Shown: one piece after another, positions 50,025-62,224 of the stretch | Layout of the letters: each line of letters starts with the position of its first letter | Numbering within the stretch: the stretch's first letter is position 1 | Assembly (NCBI GenBank): GCA_030295235.1 | Contig: AP026144.1 | Span: forward strand, 620,001-684,000 | DNA length: 64,000 bases | Direction of reading: 5' to 3' | Source of the DNA: Fistulifera solaris | Lineage: Eukaryota | The notes under the pieces: model-generated | Databases searched by the model: none | Told to the model about the DNA's origin: nothing | The model's input: only the letters and a program-made list of their open reading frames with translations | Program-made: the position numbers and the translations under genes

Positions 50025-50979
50025 ATGACTGAAATTGATAACTACAGTGAAGCGGGCGGAGAAGATCCTGCCACAAAGAAACCTCGCATGGAGAGTGCTG
50101 CCGCACCGAGAGCATTAGACGATGACATGCTTCCCAAAGGAAACGGCGAGGAACATACGATCTCACAGCAAGTTGTTGAATGCGATCCTCCTTCTACGGA
50201 AACAGATTTTGAAGAGATTGCCACGCAAATGCGCCAGTCTTCGGTCGATACGAAGGATCTGGAAACGTACGAAAAAGGGTCGACCATGCACCGTGAAGCT
50301 GTGAAACGTCTAGCCTTGGAGTTCAGTCAGTTCGAAAAGGGCTTGGAGAATAACGTTGAGAGTTATGCGTTGCAGGAAGTAGCTCGCAAATACGATCAAA
50401 TTTGCGGAGATAATGATAAACAAGAACAAAAGATTCGATGTTGCTTTATTCAGAATCATGCGAAGCGCATGACGTTGCACGCGATCCTGCAAAATTGTGA
50501 TCAAGGCTGGAAGCAATGTTCGCAAATGATGTTCTATCAAATCAATGGTCAGGTAGCGGCAGATTCAACAACCGACCCCGTGCTGCTAGAAGGGGGAATG
50601 CAAGGAGCATGACCCCCACGTGGACCCTGCACAGGAACCCGATTGGGAAGCTTTGAAAGGATACGAACCGTCGCGGGTGGACATTGAGTGTTTTCTTGCG
50701 GGACGCCATTGTCTGCAACTTGCCCAAGAGCGTTTCTGTCAAGCCTACGAGGAGGTGCAACGAAGTCTTATCTCCATCAACGATGAAGTCACAAAAATCC
50801 TCGTGACGTCCATCGATTCCCTCGATGTGCCCATGAATCAGATGGAGAATCAATTGCAGTACCTACTCGCCGATAACTTCGTCCGTCGTCAAACCATGGA
50901 AAAGAAAATTCAAGAGGCCGCCCAGATGCAACAAGGAATGTTTCAAACGCTCATGTGTCGAGTGTCAATGAAAGATTGA
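50025..50979 (+). CDS. hypothetical coiled-coil protein (two ORFs, probably one gene)
   Basis: Removing one G from the G-run at 50592-50596 fuses ORF 50010..50612 in frame to 50620..50979 (…EGECKEHDPHVDPAQEPDW…). Confidence 0.6.
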
Positions 50980-51070
50980 TGCTTTACCTAGAGCGCCCCG
51001 GGCCGCTTATCATGGTGTAGACCTCATATATTTGTAGTGCTATTTTTACAGAGTCTACTTGTCTCATTGA

Positions 51071-53753
51071 TTATGCCAACCTATCAACTTTTGCGAGACG
51101 GTCCACCGTTCGTTTGATTGCCCGTTGTGTGAGCTCATTTATTATATTATCAAATCGGGCTCTCTCTGTGGGACTAAGGCTTTTCAATGCGTCCCCAAAC
51201 TCTGTCTTTTTACCCGATGATGAAGGACCTCTGCGAATCGCATTTAAACTGTTCTGAACAAATTGGATCACAGGCTCTGCTGTTTCGGGGTTCAAAAGAT
51301 TCCTACTTCCGAGGATACCACTTCTAAGTGCATCAAGCACAATATTCACCGAGTCAACGCTCAAAACTCTCTTTCCTTTGAATAGGTCTCCTATTTCGTC
51401 TCCCAAGAATTCTCCAGCGGCTTCCGCTAGTCCAATTGCAAAGATTTCCTCCTTTTGGTCCAATTTTGGCGCTGCATAATCTACAAACTCGTTGATAGAA
51501 AGTACAGCAAGTGACGGTCCTTGACTCCCGTCGGCGGCCGGCATCAAAATGGGCAGTGGTATTTCTTCCAACTTGGGTGGCACCGGGAAAATATCACCTA
51601 AAAACGGAATGCTGGGTGGTCGAGGAGGGGTCAAAGTGATGACAGCCTCAGTGACTGCCCTTCGAAAGATCTGGCGACTTAATACATCCACGACATGGTC
51701 CATTTCTTTTCCAGAAGCGCACGTAAGGTGTCCGCCTGGTCCGATAGCACAAATTTAAGTCCATCCGAAACACTGATTCCATCATCAGGGACGGCATCCA
51801 AGTCAACAAAGGCAGCACCTTCCTGTGTTTTCACCGCCCCCGCTGCGTTATTTAATAAAGCAAGCAACCTGGTTAGTTTCAACCCATTACTGCTGTCGTC
51901 ATTGGAATATAGTACTTCCTGCAGCGCTTTTTTGAATTTCGGGCCGCCCTCCTTTCATCAACTTTCGGGCAATAAACGGATATGACTCCATGATGATTCC
52001 ATACTCATCGTTTCCAGTGAGTGCAACACCTTCCAAAGTTACAATAGCACGGCCAAGAATCGCGAAATAGGGAGGAATCGAAAAAGGGACTTGCTCCAAC
52101 ACGGTCAAAGCATCTTGCGTCATGGCCTGGAACCCACCAACCTGTGCTTGCATCGAAGATCCTTCATCCATGCCGTACATTTTCCTCACTTCACTTTCAT
52201 ATTTTTTGGCACCTCCACCCATAACATACGGGGTCAACGCTTTGTCCATCAATGGAATTACTGTGGCTCGGGCCGTGTCGGGAGGCAGAATACCCAGCAA
52301 GATAAAGTCATCCACCAGTGACGCATAGTCCTTATTGGCTAAATGAATGACGGCCGAAATCATGTGATCGCGGTCTTCCTCATTAATACTTGCCATTAAT
52401 CCACAATCAATCAAGGCCAACGTCGCTCCTTCTGCTGTGGGCTCATCGAGTAAGAGTAAATTTCCCGGATGTCTGTGTGGCAAAACGAAAGAGGTGAGAA
52501 AGATCCAAACACCAATACACACAACACAACATAACACAACACAATGTGACGACGTACGGATCCGCATGAAAGAATCCCACTTCAAACAATTGCGTCAAGA
52601 ACGCTTCTTGCGCGGCCGGGGTGACGGCCGCGATTTCTTCGGGACTGGCCGCGCTCAACTTTTTCCCTTGCATCCATTCGGACACCAGGATGCGTCGGGT
52701 ACACAATTCATCATAAACACGAGGAACCGTGACTTGCGTAATGTTGTTTTGGATCAAGGCCTCCCGCAAACGACGTTGATTGCGGGCTTCATTTTGAAAG
52801 TCCAATTCGGTATAAAATCCAATCGCCCATTCATTCAACAAGGCCACATAATCCGTTCGTTGTTGCGGAGCAAATCTTCGAATCAAATCATTGAAAACTT
52901 CCGCCGCGCGTCGCAATACGTACAAATCTTTGGACACGGTCGCCAACACTTGAGGTCGCTGTACTTTGACAGCCACTTGGGTGCCATCTTTCTGTAACGT
53001 CGCCAAATACACTTGCGCTAAACTCGCGGCCGCGACCGGTTCTTCCGAAATACTGGAAAAGAATTGTCCCAACGGTCCACCGAGTTCTTGTTCAATCTGT
53101 TGAACGGCCGTGGCCGTATCAAATGGCACGACACCATCTTGTAGTTTTTGCAATTCGTTCAAGGTCGCCGGTGGTAAAACATCGGGTCGGACACTCATCA
53201 TTTGTCCCGCTTTAATAAAAGTCGGACCCAGGTCTTGTAAATCCAAACGGGCTTGTTGAGACAGAGCCGGAATTTCGGCTTCTTTGATTTCGCCGTCTCG
53301 AATGAATAAAGTAACGATTTTGGTGAAAAAGGGTACGGCTTTGCCAACAAATTGTCCCCACCGCTGATTGAGAGCGCCGCGTTCTTTCTTCCAATACGCT
53401 TCAATCAACTGTTTGTCGTATTGCAACGGCAATCCTTCATCATCAACTTCTCTTTTTTCTGCGTTGTTGTCAAGAGCAATGTAGGATTTGGTGACATCGG
53501 GAGCTTCCAAGGTTTTCATGGCCACCGCGGCATTGACGGCGGCCGTCGCCATGGCGGCAACTCCAACGATCCCCGAATTGGTCAATCGTCGTGTGCTCAA
53601 ATCGTTAGTGTCTTTGGTGGTAGTAGTCGTAGATAGGAGACGGGTCGTTTGTCGAGGAGAAGAAGGACGAGGAGAAGGAGGAACGGTCGAGAAACTCGTT
53701 ACCGACGACGATGGTAGGAGAAGAACAAGAAGAATGGTTGTCGAGTATTTCAT
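51071..53753 (-). CDS. plastid ABC1/AarF (UbiB) atypical kinase
   Basis: Signal peptide ending VTS-F, LGPTFIKAGQ..SVRPD, PVAAASLAQVY, VAVKVQRP, ELDF..E, FFHADP|HPGN across an intron near 52472-52556, DCGLM, PPYFA..RA..TLEG. Confidence 0.92.
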
Positions 53754-54139
53754 GATTGTGTGGCGCTTCTCTTCTGCTGAGACTCTAATTTTATGAGACA
53801 CCTTCGAAAGGCTGTTTGGATAAGAATACGAATGAAACAGACAACACACCAGGTGCAAATGAGAATTACTTCGTACTCGTATTTGTTTTCTCGCAAATAC
53901 TCGCAAGAACAGCGCAGAAAAAAAGGAGGACGAAAAAAGTGGCTCGTTGCGGAGTGTCTTGCGTGGCAGCTGAGACGTTGGAGTGGAACACGGATTGCGA
54001 CTTCTTGTCGTTGCAATACTTAACCGAGAAACCAGATACTGCCGTCATGATGTCGCCACGGCACTAATTGTCTTAAGTAAAATTTGAGATATTCGTGTTC
54101 CGATTGCCGACCGAAAGTGAAAATAATGACCACGCGAGG

Positions 54140-55489
54140 ATGACCATGACAACGAGGCGAGTGACGCTCCATTATTATTCTACCATGAAACGTACACGTT
54201 CCCGCAAATACTCACCAACTCGAATACTAGCCGCTTTATTCATTGGTGCGTGGACTTATTTTTACTCGTATGCCTTCCTTCACGCAACAACCCGGCGGAA
54301 GGAAAATGACATCCAGCCAAAGAACGATATATCATCATCACCTGAAACGGCCCTCGAAGTATGCTCCTCCCAAAACAACAGCCACAATCCGCTCTGTTGT
54401 GCTTCTTGGCAAGACGAAAATACCGATGAATGGTGGACGCGTCATTACGATTGGATCCTGGCGTACGACAATCAAACGCATACGTGTTATTCTCGAATTC
54501 AAGACGCCCAACAATTACAGTTCTATCACAAATTACATCAAGTACAACAACAATGTCAACATCAAGTACAATTATCCCAAATCTCGAGTGGATATGCGGC
54601 CGCACTCATGGCAGTCGCTCGGAGTTTTTATGCCGCCTATCAATCGCAACACGCCTTTCAACTCACCGTACAACACGCGACCGCCAACTGGAATTTCAGT
54701 CCGAAAGATCCCCATCATTGGGCTTTTTGTCCCACGCGCGACATGAATTGTTTTTATTTGCCACTTTCGTCCTGTCCAGCCGAACAAGGACGGAACGATG
54801 CACCGCGGGGCAGCAAACCCACGGCCGGTGTTGCCTTGCAAGAATTTCAATGGTTGCGACAGTATGCCTTCCGGGTACGACATGTCGTACGACAACACGT
54901 ACAAGCGTATTGGGAAACACAACCGGTGCACATTCAACAATTTGTGCATTCCAACAACAGCAGCAACAACAACAACAACAATCCGAAATGTACCGCGATT
55001 CATGTCCGACGGGGGGATATTGCCTTTGGGAAAGGTCGACGTTATGCGGCCGTAGATGAATATTTAATGGCGGGGAATGTTCGACCCGGTGAAACGGTCG
55101 TTTTGTTGACGGATGATACTTCGGCTATTGAGGAAGTGGAACGCTATCTTAAACAGGATCAAGAGTGGATTTATTTGGATCGACCACGTACGACCGGTAC
55201 GGCGTTGGGATTTGAAGGATTCATCCCGTCACAAGATCCCGCGTATGAAGTGGTCTCGATCTTGGCCGAGTTGCAACTCGTGTCACATTGTCAGAAATTA
55301 GTGCACGGGAAAAGTGGCTTCGTCACGGTATTGGCGGAAGCCATGTCCTCTCCAGTGTTGGTGAATTTGCCCATTCAGTTGGACAAGAAGCAACAACCGA
55401 AGATGGATCCGGCGGATCGTGCACAAATATATTTGCAACAAATTCGAGAGCATTATGAAGAGCGAGAGAAATTAACTAAGCAAAGGTAG
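54140..55489 (+). CDS. alpha-1,6-fucosyltransferase-like glycosyltransferase (GT23/GT11-like), type II membrane
   Basis: N-terminal TM, CFYLPLSSC, AIHVRRGD, VVLLTDD, C..LVHGKSGF. Confidence 0.7.
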   Translation: MTMTTRRVTLHYYSTMKRTRSRKYSPTRILAALFIGAWTYFYSYAFLHATTRRKENDIQPKNDISSSPETALEVCSSQNNSHNPLCCASWQDENTDEWWTRHYDWILAYDNQTHTCYSRIQDAQQLQFYHKLHQVQQQCQHQVQLSQISSGYAAALMAVARSFYAAYQSQHAFQLTVQHATANWNFSPKDPHHWAFCPTRDMNCFYLPLSSCPAEQGRNDAPRGSKPTAGVALQEFQWLRQYAFRVRHVVRQHVQAYWETQPVHIQQFVHSNNSSNNNNNNPKCTAIHVRRGDIAFGKGRRYAAVDEYLMAGNVRPGETVVLLTDDTSAIEEVERYLKQDQEWIYLDRPRTTGTALGFEGFIPSQDPAYEVVSILAELQLVSHCQKLVHGKSGFVTVLAEAMSSPVLVNLPIQLDKKQQPKMDPADRAQIYLQQIREHYEEREKLTKQR

Positions 55490-55788
55490 AAGTGGCAAAC
55501 ACTACGTAGACGGCAATCCATCGACACTTTTGGGAAGCGATTTGAGCCCATTCGTTTCAGTTACTTCCGTCAGCGCCTCTATTTTTTATTTATAATGTTG
55601 CCTGAATAGACTTGTTGTGAGATATTTGGCTACCTCTTTGCAACGGCACATTATAAAAGATTGGTAAAGGGTGTCCTCGCCGATCTTATGAAACTCCAAT
55701 CCATTGACTCTACATCACGAAAGTCACGATTTAATTTCCGTCCCGAGTCAGAAGGATCCTGCACTATGGATACATATGGATACATGGA

Positions 55789-56671
55789 CTAATACGACAC
55801 GCGTTGTTCCATTTCCTCACGGGTCCGATTATCACCGACACCCATTCCATTGACCGTCATCAATTGCACCTTCCAAAACAAACCCGTATCGGGTGGAACA
55901 CGAAAGATCCGATTGCCCCGCAAACCATATCCCAACTGTGGTGGTATTTGCAATGCCCGTATTTCACCTGGACACATATCGTACAATCCCAAATCGACAC
56001 CCGGGAGCATATCCCCCGATCTGAGGACCATCTGGTAGGGGCCGACCGGTTCCGCGGCGTTCCGATGAATCGTAGATGGGACCCTGTAGTGATTGGAAAC
56101 GAGCTTCGTACTTGATTTCCAAAACGTCACCGCGACGGGACGGAATCGAGCATTCTCTCGTCGTTTGGAGAATTGTTTTCTCGTAAGGACTCGTAGTAGT
56201 ACTACTACTGACACTGACCGTCCCCGCGGTTTGTTGCGCGAGCCGCCAGGCATCTGGCGCAGTCACCAAGGGCGTTCCAAGATCCGAAAGGGCATCTCCT
56301 CCCGCCGCCAAGTTCCGAAAGACCAATTGTACCGGATACGGTCCGGCCCGCAATCGTTCTTGCAATTGTACGGTGGATTCGTAGTCGTTCAGTATCATGC
56401 CTGGAAGTAAGGAGGGATGGGGTTTCAAAATTCGTTGTATTGTGACGACGGAACGACTACCGATCCGTGCATTGGTCAATTCCAGACCCATGGTTTCACC
56501 GGGACGTTCGATGACGAGTGTGACATCCTTTTCGTAAGCTACTGCTGCCGGGGAAATCCCTACTGTTAGTAGTAGATTGCGTAGTACGTGTCGTCGTCGA
56601 CAGGGGAAACCCATCGGGCCGGGAAGAAACAGGAGGATGAAATAATAAGCGGCGCGTGAAACTAACTTCAT
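55789..56671 (-). CDS. FKBP-type peptidyl-prolyl isomerase, likely thylakoid lumen, with N-terminal PDZ-like segment
   Basis: Signal peptide, twin-Arg RRR..LL..AVA, GDVLEIKY, YDSS..RG.G.PY, GVDLGLYDMCPGEIR.L.IPPQLGYG. Frameshift near 56040. Confidence 0.85.
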
Positions 56672-56812
56672 TGCGTATTGCTGGAGAGGCTTCTTTGTAG
56701 AGTAAGACTAATACCAGTAGTCAACCAAAGATTTCCACCACTGAACCAAGGAAGAAATAATGATAATCAAGAAGACATCCAACGAAAGTCGAAAGCTGCA
56801 GCGCACGACGAA

Positions 56813-56858
56813 GCTTGCTTGCTTGCTTGCTTGTGCACTCCGCGTCCGTCCGTCCGTT
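56813..56858. repeat. short (GCTT)n and (GTCC)n microsatellites in intergenic region
   Basis: agcttgcttgcttgcttgctt followed by gtccgtccgtccg. Confidence 0.7.
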
Positions 56859-57503
56859 CGCCTGCAGCGACGGTGGATGTTGCTGCTCGTAGCGGTACCT
56901 GGTACTATTTGTAAATACTGTTTGTCACTCTACAGCAAAGTGCAGAATGGGAAGGCAGTCTGCCGTCGCTCTCGCCGCAAACCGTTCCAGCCGCACAATG
57001 CAATAGATCTTTTTTTTTTTTTATCAAGCCCGATGTGTGCTTGTTACGATTAATTGATTGATATTGCATGCATTCCACCTTGGTCAAGCTCCTATAAGAA
57101 AGGATCAACAACAGGAAGATACGGTGGATAGAGTCGGGAGACGAGGAAGCGACGAAAGTTAAACTACACGACAAGATATGAGGTGAGCCAACAATCATAC
57201 GATCCGCTGGAAGCTGATTGCTTCGATACACGCCTTTTCGAAGCGTCTTGCTATAGCAGTAGTATGAAATAGGAAACGAAAACAACATTCATTCGGAGTG
57301 CAGTTATTTCTGCAATTCAGCTTACCATACGCGACAGTTTTCACTACATCACTACATTCGTGTCACTCTTAAAAAAAAAACCTGCCTCGCAATAATTCAC
57401 CACCTTCTTCTTCTTCTTCTTCTTCTCTCTCACACAGCAATCTCCAATTATTCATTTCCCCATTTTTTACACAGCAACCACCACCACCACCACCACCATA
57501 AGA

Positions 57504-60023
57504 ATGAACCTGATTACGGAGAATCCTTTGTTCCGGGAGCCGGTCCAGAGCGTTTGGCACCCAAATCACTCGATCATTTTCAACGAGGACATCGGGAACG
57601 AGCCGAACAACGCGATAAAGAATGTTACACCCGTCGGGCACCACCACCGCAACCGCAACGACGCGAAGAACACTACAGTCAACAACGCAACGAACGACCG
57701 ACCATCTTACAAGGATTCCATGTCCTCGAATGTTTGGATCAATTGACTCAATGGGAACACGATCGTCGGAAAGTCTTTGAGGAATTGGATCGCGCACGTT
57801 CCCAACACCAAGAACCCTTTGACAATGGCAAGGCCTTGACCGCACTCATATCCTCGGCGGCCCGACGTCGCAATGTCCACATGGCGGGGATGATTTGGGC
57901 GTGGATGGATGTGGCGGGCGTCGAAAAGAATACCTTTCATTACAATTCCATGATTTCGGCCACGGAAAAATCGCGCAATTATCGACAGGCCTTGGCGTTG
58001 TTGCGGGAAATGGAACAGCGGAATATCCCAAAGAATGAAGTGACGTAAGTAATTTCGTATGGACTCCATATTCTCGGACAATGGAACTTTTCGATTGCCA
58101 TCTGACTCACACGCGTTCGTTATATATAGATTTTCGAGTGCCATTTCGGCGTGTGAAAAGTGCGGGGAATGGCGGACCGCATTGGATCTTTTGGATGGAA
58201 TGGAACGGGAAGGGATCCAGCGGACAGCGATTGCGTACAACGCCGCCATTTCGGCCTGCGAAAAAGCCATGTTGCCTCAAAAAGCCTGTGATGTTTTTCG
58301 ACGCATGAAACGCGAAGGCATCAAACCGTCGGTGGTCAGTTATTCGGCTTTGATTTCGGCAGCCGAAAAGGGTGGACAGTGGAAGCTGGCCTTGGAGATT
58401 TTAGAAGAAATGAAGGCGGAAGGATACCACGGCAACGTCGTGGCGTATTCGGCGGCTATTTCGGCTTTGGCCAAAGGTCAGCAGTGGCAGCTGGCCTTGT
58501 CGTTGTTTCGAGAAGTACAAGCGTGTGGTGGGCAACCATCGATTGTGACATACAACGCTACCATGACGGCGTTGGAAAAAAGTCTCGAATGGGAGCGCGC
58601 TCTCGACATGTTTGATGAAATGAAATCTCGCAATCTACCTATTACGGTGGTCAGCTACGGGAGTTGTATTAGCGCCTGCGATAAAGGCTTGCAATACCGG
58701 CAATGCTTAGAATACCTCGACGAAATGACGGAAATGGGCATTCCGAAGAATGTGATTATTTTTGGTGCGGCCATGTCTTGCATGGAAAAATGCTGTCGGG
58801 CGGATATTGGCTTCCAGTTGATGGAACGCATGCGCATTGAAGGTATTCAACCCAACGTCCACGTCTACAATAGTGCAATTAGTGCCTGTGCACGAAGCAA
58901 TTTGTGGGAAAAGGGATATGAGCTTTTTCGAGAAATGGATGAGGTGGGTGTGAAGAAAGATGTCGTAACGTACAATGCCATTCTGGATGCCGTTTGTTCG
59001 CAAATCAAGCTCGGACGCACTCTGTTCGAAGAGGGAGTCCGAAAGGGCTTTTACGCACGCGTTTCTCGTCTGGGAGAGCAGTGGTTCGAGTTGGATCTAC
59101 ACTTTTTGTCTCTGGGAGGCGGAGAAATTGCACTGGGATGGTGGTTTGAAGAATGCCTCGTGCCCTACTTGATGAATACGGAACGCCTGAAAAGTGTCAA
59201 TTCGATTTCGATTGTTACCGGTTACGGCAAGACCCGCACTCGTGGCCGTCGCTTTGGAGATGACGGCATGCGCAAGAGATGCAAAGCTATGCTTGGTTTT
59301 ATGAATATCAAGGAAGTGGACCAAGCCAATGCTGGGCGAATTCACATCGACAAGGATGCTTTGATCGAAGAGGCCAACAAGAACGGAGGCAAAATCATTT
59401 TTGATCTGGATGGATACTTGCAGTGGAAAGAAACCGAGACCACTGCCAATGTCGTTCCGGATACGGTTCAGAAGATTCGACCCCGTTTCAAGCCTGCTGT
59501 ACCGGGTTCGGGTGGTCCTCCGTTCATTCGAATTGAAACGGAACTAACCTCACCGGAATACCGACTCGAAAACGCGGAACAGAATACGTATGCGGATCAT
59601 CATGTCCCGGAAGAGCCGTACCATGACGACGCTCGTTTACCTCAGTACGCTTCCAGAGATTACATGAACAATGCCGAGGATACGTACCATGACGAATACG
59701 CTGGTCACGAGCCGTATGAAGGCAACTTGGACCAGAAACGAACGCGTGACGAACCTTACGGTCGTGACCACCGACCGTATGATGACTCCCGCGGACGGTA
59801 CGATCGGCGCGATTTCAAAAGGCCACGGTACGAGGATGGTCGGGGCAGAGGCGGCGGAAGATTTGGCGGCCGACGGGGCCGGGGTGGTCCACGCCGTGAT
59901 AGTTATCATGACAATTGGCGTGATCGTTCGACCCAGGACCGAGGTGCCTACGATCGAGACCCGTCCGACACTCGACATGACCCACAGCCACAGCCTTCCA
60001 ACAACAGAGGGTATAGACTTTAA
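57504..60023 (+). CDS. pentatricopeptide repeat protein with Smr domain and RGG-rich tail (PPR-SMR)
   Basis: About nine 35-aa PPR repeats (e.g. YNAAISACEK, YSALISAAEK), Smr motifs ELDLH and SIVTGYG, intron at 58045..58129, and C-terminal GRGRGGGRFGGRRGRGG. The start is uncertain because of a probable frameshift. Confidence 0.9.
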
Positions 60024-60317
60024 AAAATAATAATAATGAGAACATCAAAAAGCCACGGAGTAATGTTACTGGTTTGTTGCTTTGATGATAAGTACTTTTG
60101 ATCCGTAAGCAAGGAATCTTTTCATTTCGAGCTCCCTAGAAAGAGACCTCTCTCTCTAGAGAGCTATGGCACGACAACAGAAATCTTATCTGTCTTACCG
60201 GTACCGAAGACGCTTTGCGAATTTTCTACGACCCGCCATTTGCATCAAAAAAAGAAAAAACAAATCATCGTTGCCAATCTTTCTTGATCGATCATCCAAC
60301 AGTATGTATTCATCGAA

Positions 60318-62159
60318 ATGAGTGACTCCCACGGCGAGGATTATTCGTTGGAAACGAACGTTGCCGCTGCGTCGGACGCACACAACACCCAATTGCGGCA
60401 AACCCTACGAAACATGGAACACGCCGGTGTTTGTTGTCATCCCCATCATTTGCATTCCTTTCAGCCCGTTCATTTTCATCTCCTTTCGGCGCTCAAAAAT
60501 GTGCGTGTTGTCACGAACGTTTGCAAACCTTTGGTGGGGCCGCGCAAGTCGTTTGTGTCGCTTGTGGTGCCATGGCGCATCGTGTGTGTGCCATGTCCTC
60601 TTCCATATGGAAGGATGTGTGTCCGGTAAATGCCACGAAAGTCAATCATGAGATAATAGAACCGAAGATTACACATCAACCAGCAGTGTCGGTGGAAGAG
60701 AACCAGGATCATCATTTCACGAGAGCCTTTTCGAATGTCAAAAATGCCATTGGCAAGACGCTTTCGTCGCATCCCGAGACGACGACTCCTCCCGAAGGCA
60801 ACAACCATTCACTTTCACTGCATCATCAGTTTTCGAGTGTCGCACGTGTTTTGCAAGAACACATTATGGAACAATTTCGCAAACACGATACCGAGGACAG
60901 TAGTTATGTCGATGTGGGGGAGGAATCATTTTCTCGCCTGGGAACTACGGCAGTCGTTGTCGTCGGAGGCATTGCGGGAGGTGTCGCTGGCCTCGCCTTG
61001 GCGGCGGGACCGGCCATGGCCATGGCGGGAGCGGTCGGTATCTTGGCAGAAAGTTCCGTCAGTGTCGGAGTCTTGGTAGCGGGCGTGGCCACGGGAAGTT
61101 TGACGGCCCGACAAATCCAACAGGAACGTCAACGGCAACGCATCTTGACCATGGGAGACGAAGGGATGAGTCAAAAGATTCTGTTGGTGCGTCCGAATAT
61201 ACAAATGGATCCGATCTGGGATACCATCACGGCGCAAGCGTACGCCAGCCGGCCCAATTGTTCCAGAGATCATCATCGTGATGTCGATATTGTTAAAACC
61301 GCCGAAGATGAGATTCCCACCGAGGAAAAAGTTTTGCTGTTGGTGAGTCGTCTTTTGAATGACAAATACAGTCTTCCGGGGCACATGTATCGTGCATTGA
61401 TCCAAGCCTTTCGGGACCGATGTACCGAACGTGCCTCCGCGGCGGGACGGTTTCGTCGCGATGATGCGCACGCCATCATCAAGCATATCACCGCCACTCT
61501 TCTCCAAGTGCGGGCCGAATTCTCGGCCTCACCGTATCTGACGGAACGTACGGCATCCGCGGTGGAGACTTTGGTGTTGGGTCAAATTTATACCCTCGTT
61601 TGGGACGAAATTCTGGTCGAAACAGCGGATCAAGACGAGGCTCTGAAACAAAAAAGTCACCCAATTTAATTTGTTAGAATACGACGAGAACGGAACTCAT
61701 GTGTTTGTTTCGGACAAAATCCCGTCCAAACTCGAAAGGAATGTGTCACAGGCGGCATTGGCAGCGATTCGACAGCTTCCGCAGTGTCATACCACCGCCG
61801 ACAAGTTGACGAGCTGTGTGCAATTTCTTCAACATATTTCCGAGCATTTTGCTGCGATGGATGGTCAATTATTATTGTCGGCCGAATCCTTGCTACAGAT
61901 GGTGTGTCAACACCTTTGGATCTGTATGAGTCTTCATGCCGCAGAATTGCATGCCGAAATCACCTTCCTGGAAGAGTTTGCTCGTGATGAACAGTTGCTC
62001 CGAGGACGAGAAGGCTACGCGTTAGTTACTTTGCAAGCCGCTCTCCATTTCCTCGATAATAGCACCGATATCGATCACGTGTTTGGCACCGAGGACGACG
62101 ACGACGACGATGTCAACGATGATGATACATTTGAAAACGTCCCAGAGAACGGTTATTGA
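60318..62159 (+). CDS. C1 (DAG/PE-type zinc finger) + VPS9-domain protein (Rab5-GEF-like)
   Basis: H...CACC...CVAC..AHRVC...C, then TADKL..C, LSAESLL, AEITFLEEF, GREGYALVTLQAAL. Frameshifts present. Confidence 0.75.
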
Positions 62160-62224
62160 AAGCGTCATAGTTTATGCAAACAGGTATTTATTAAAAAAAA
62201 TAATTTTTGGACTTTTTCATCAGC

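Noticed and set aside
57404..57497. (TTC)n and (CCA)n tracts upstream of the PPR gene
   Set aside because: Ordinary short 5'-UTR microsatellites.
60129..60166. Imperfect hairpin agctccctagaaagag…ctctctctagagagct
   Set aside because: Largely explained by low-complexity (CT/AG) sequence; single copy with no target-site duplication or MITE evidence.
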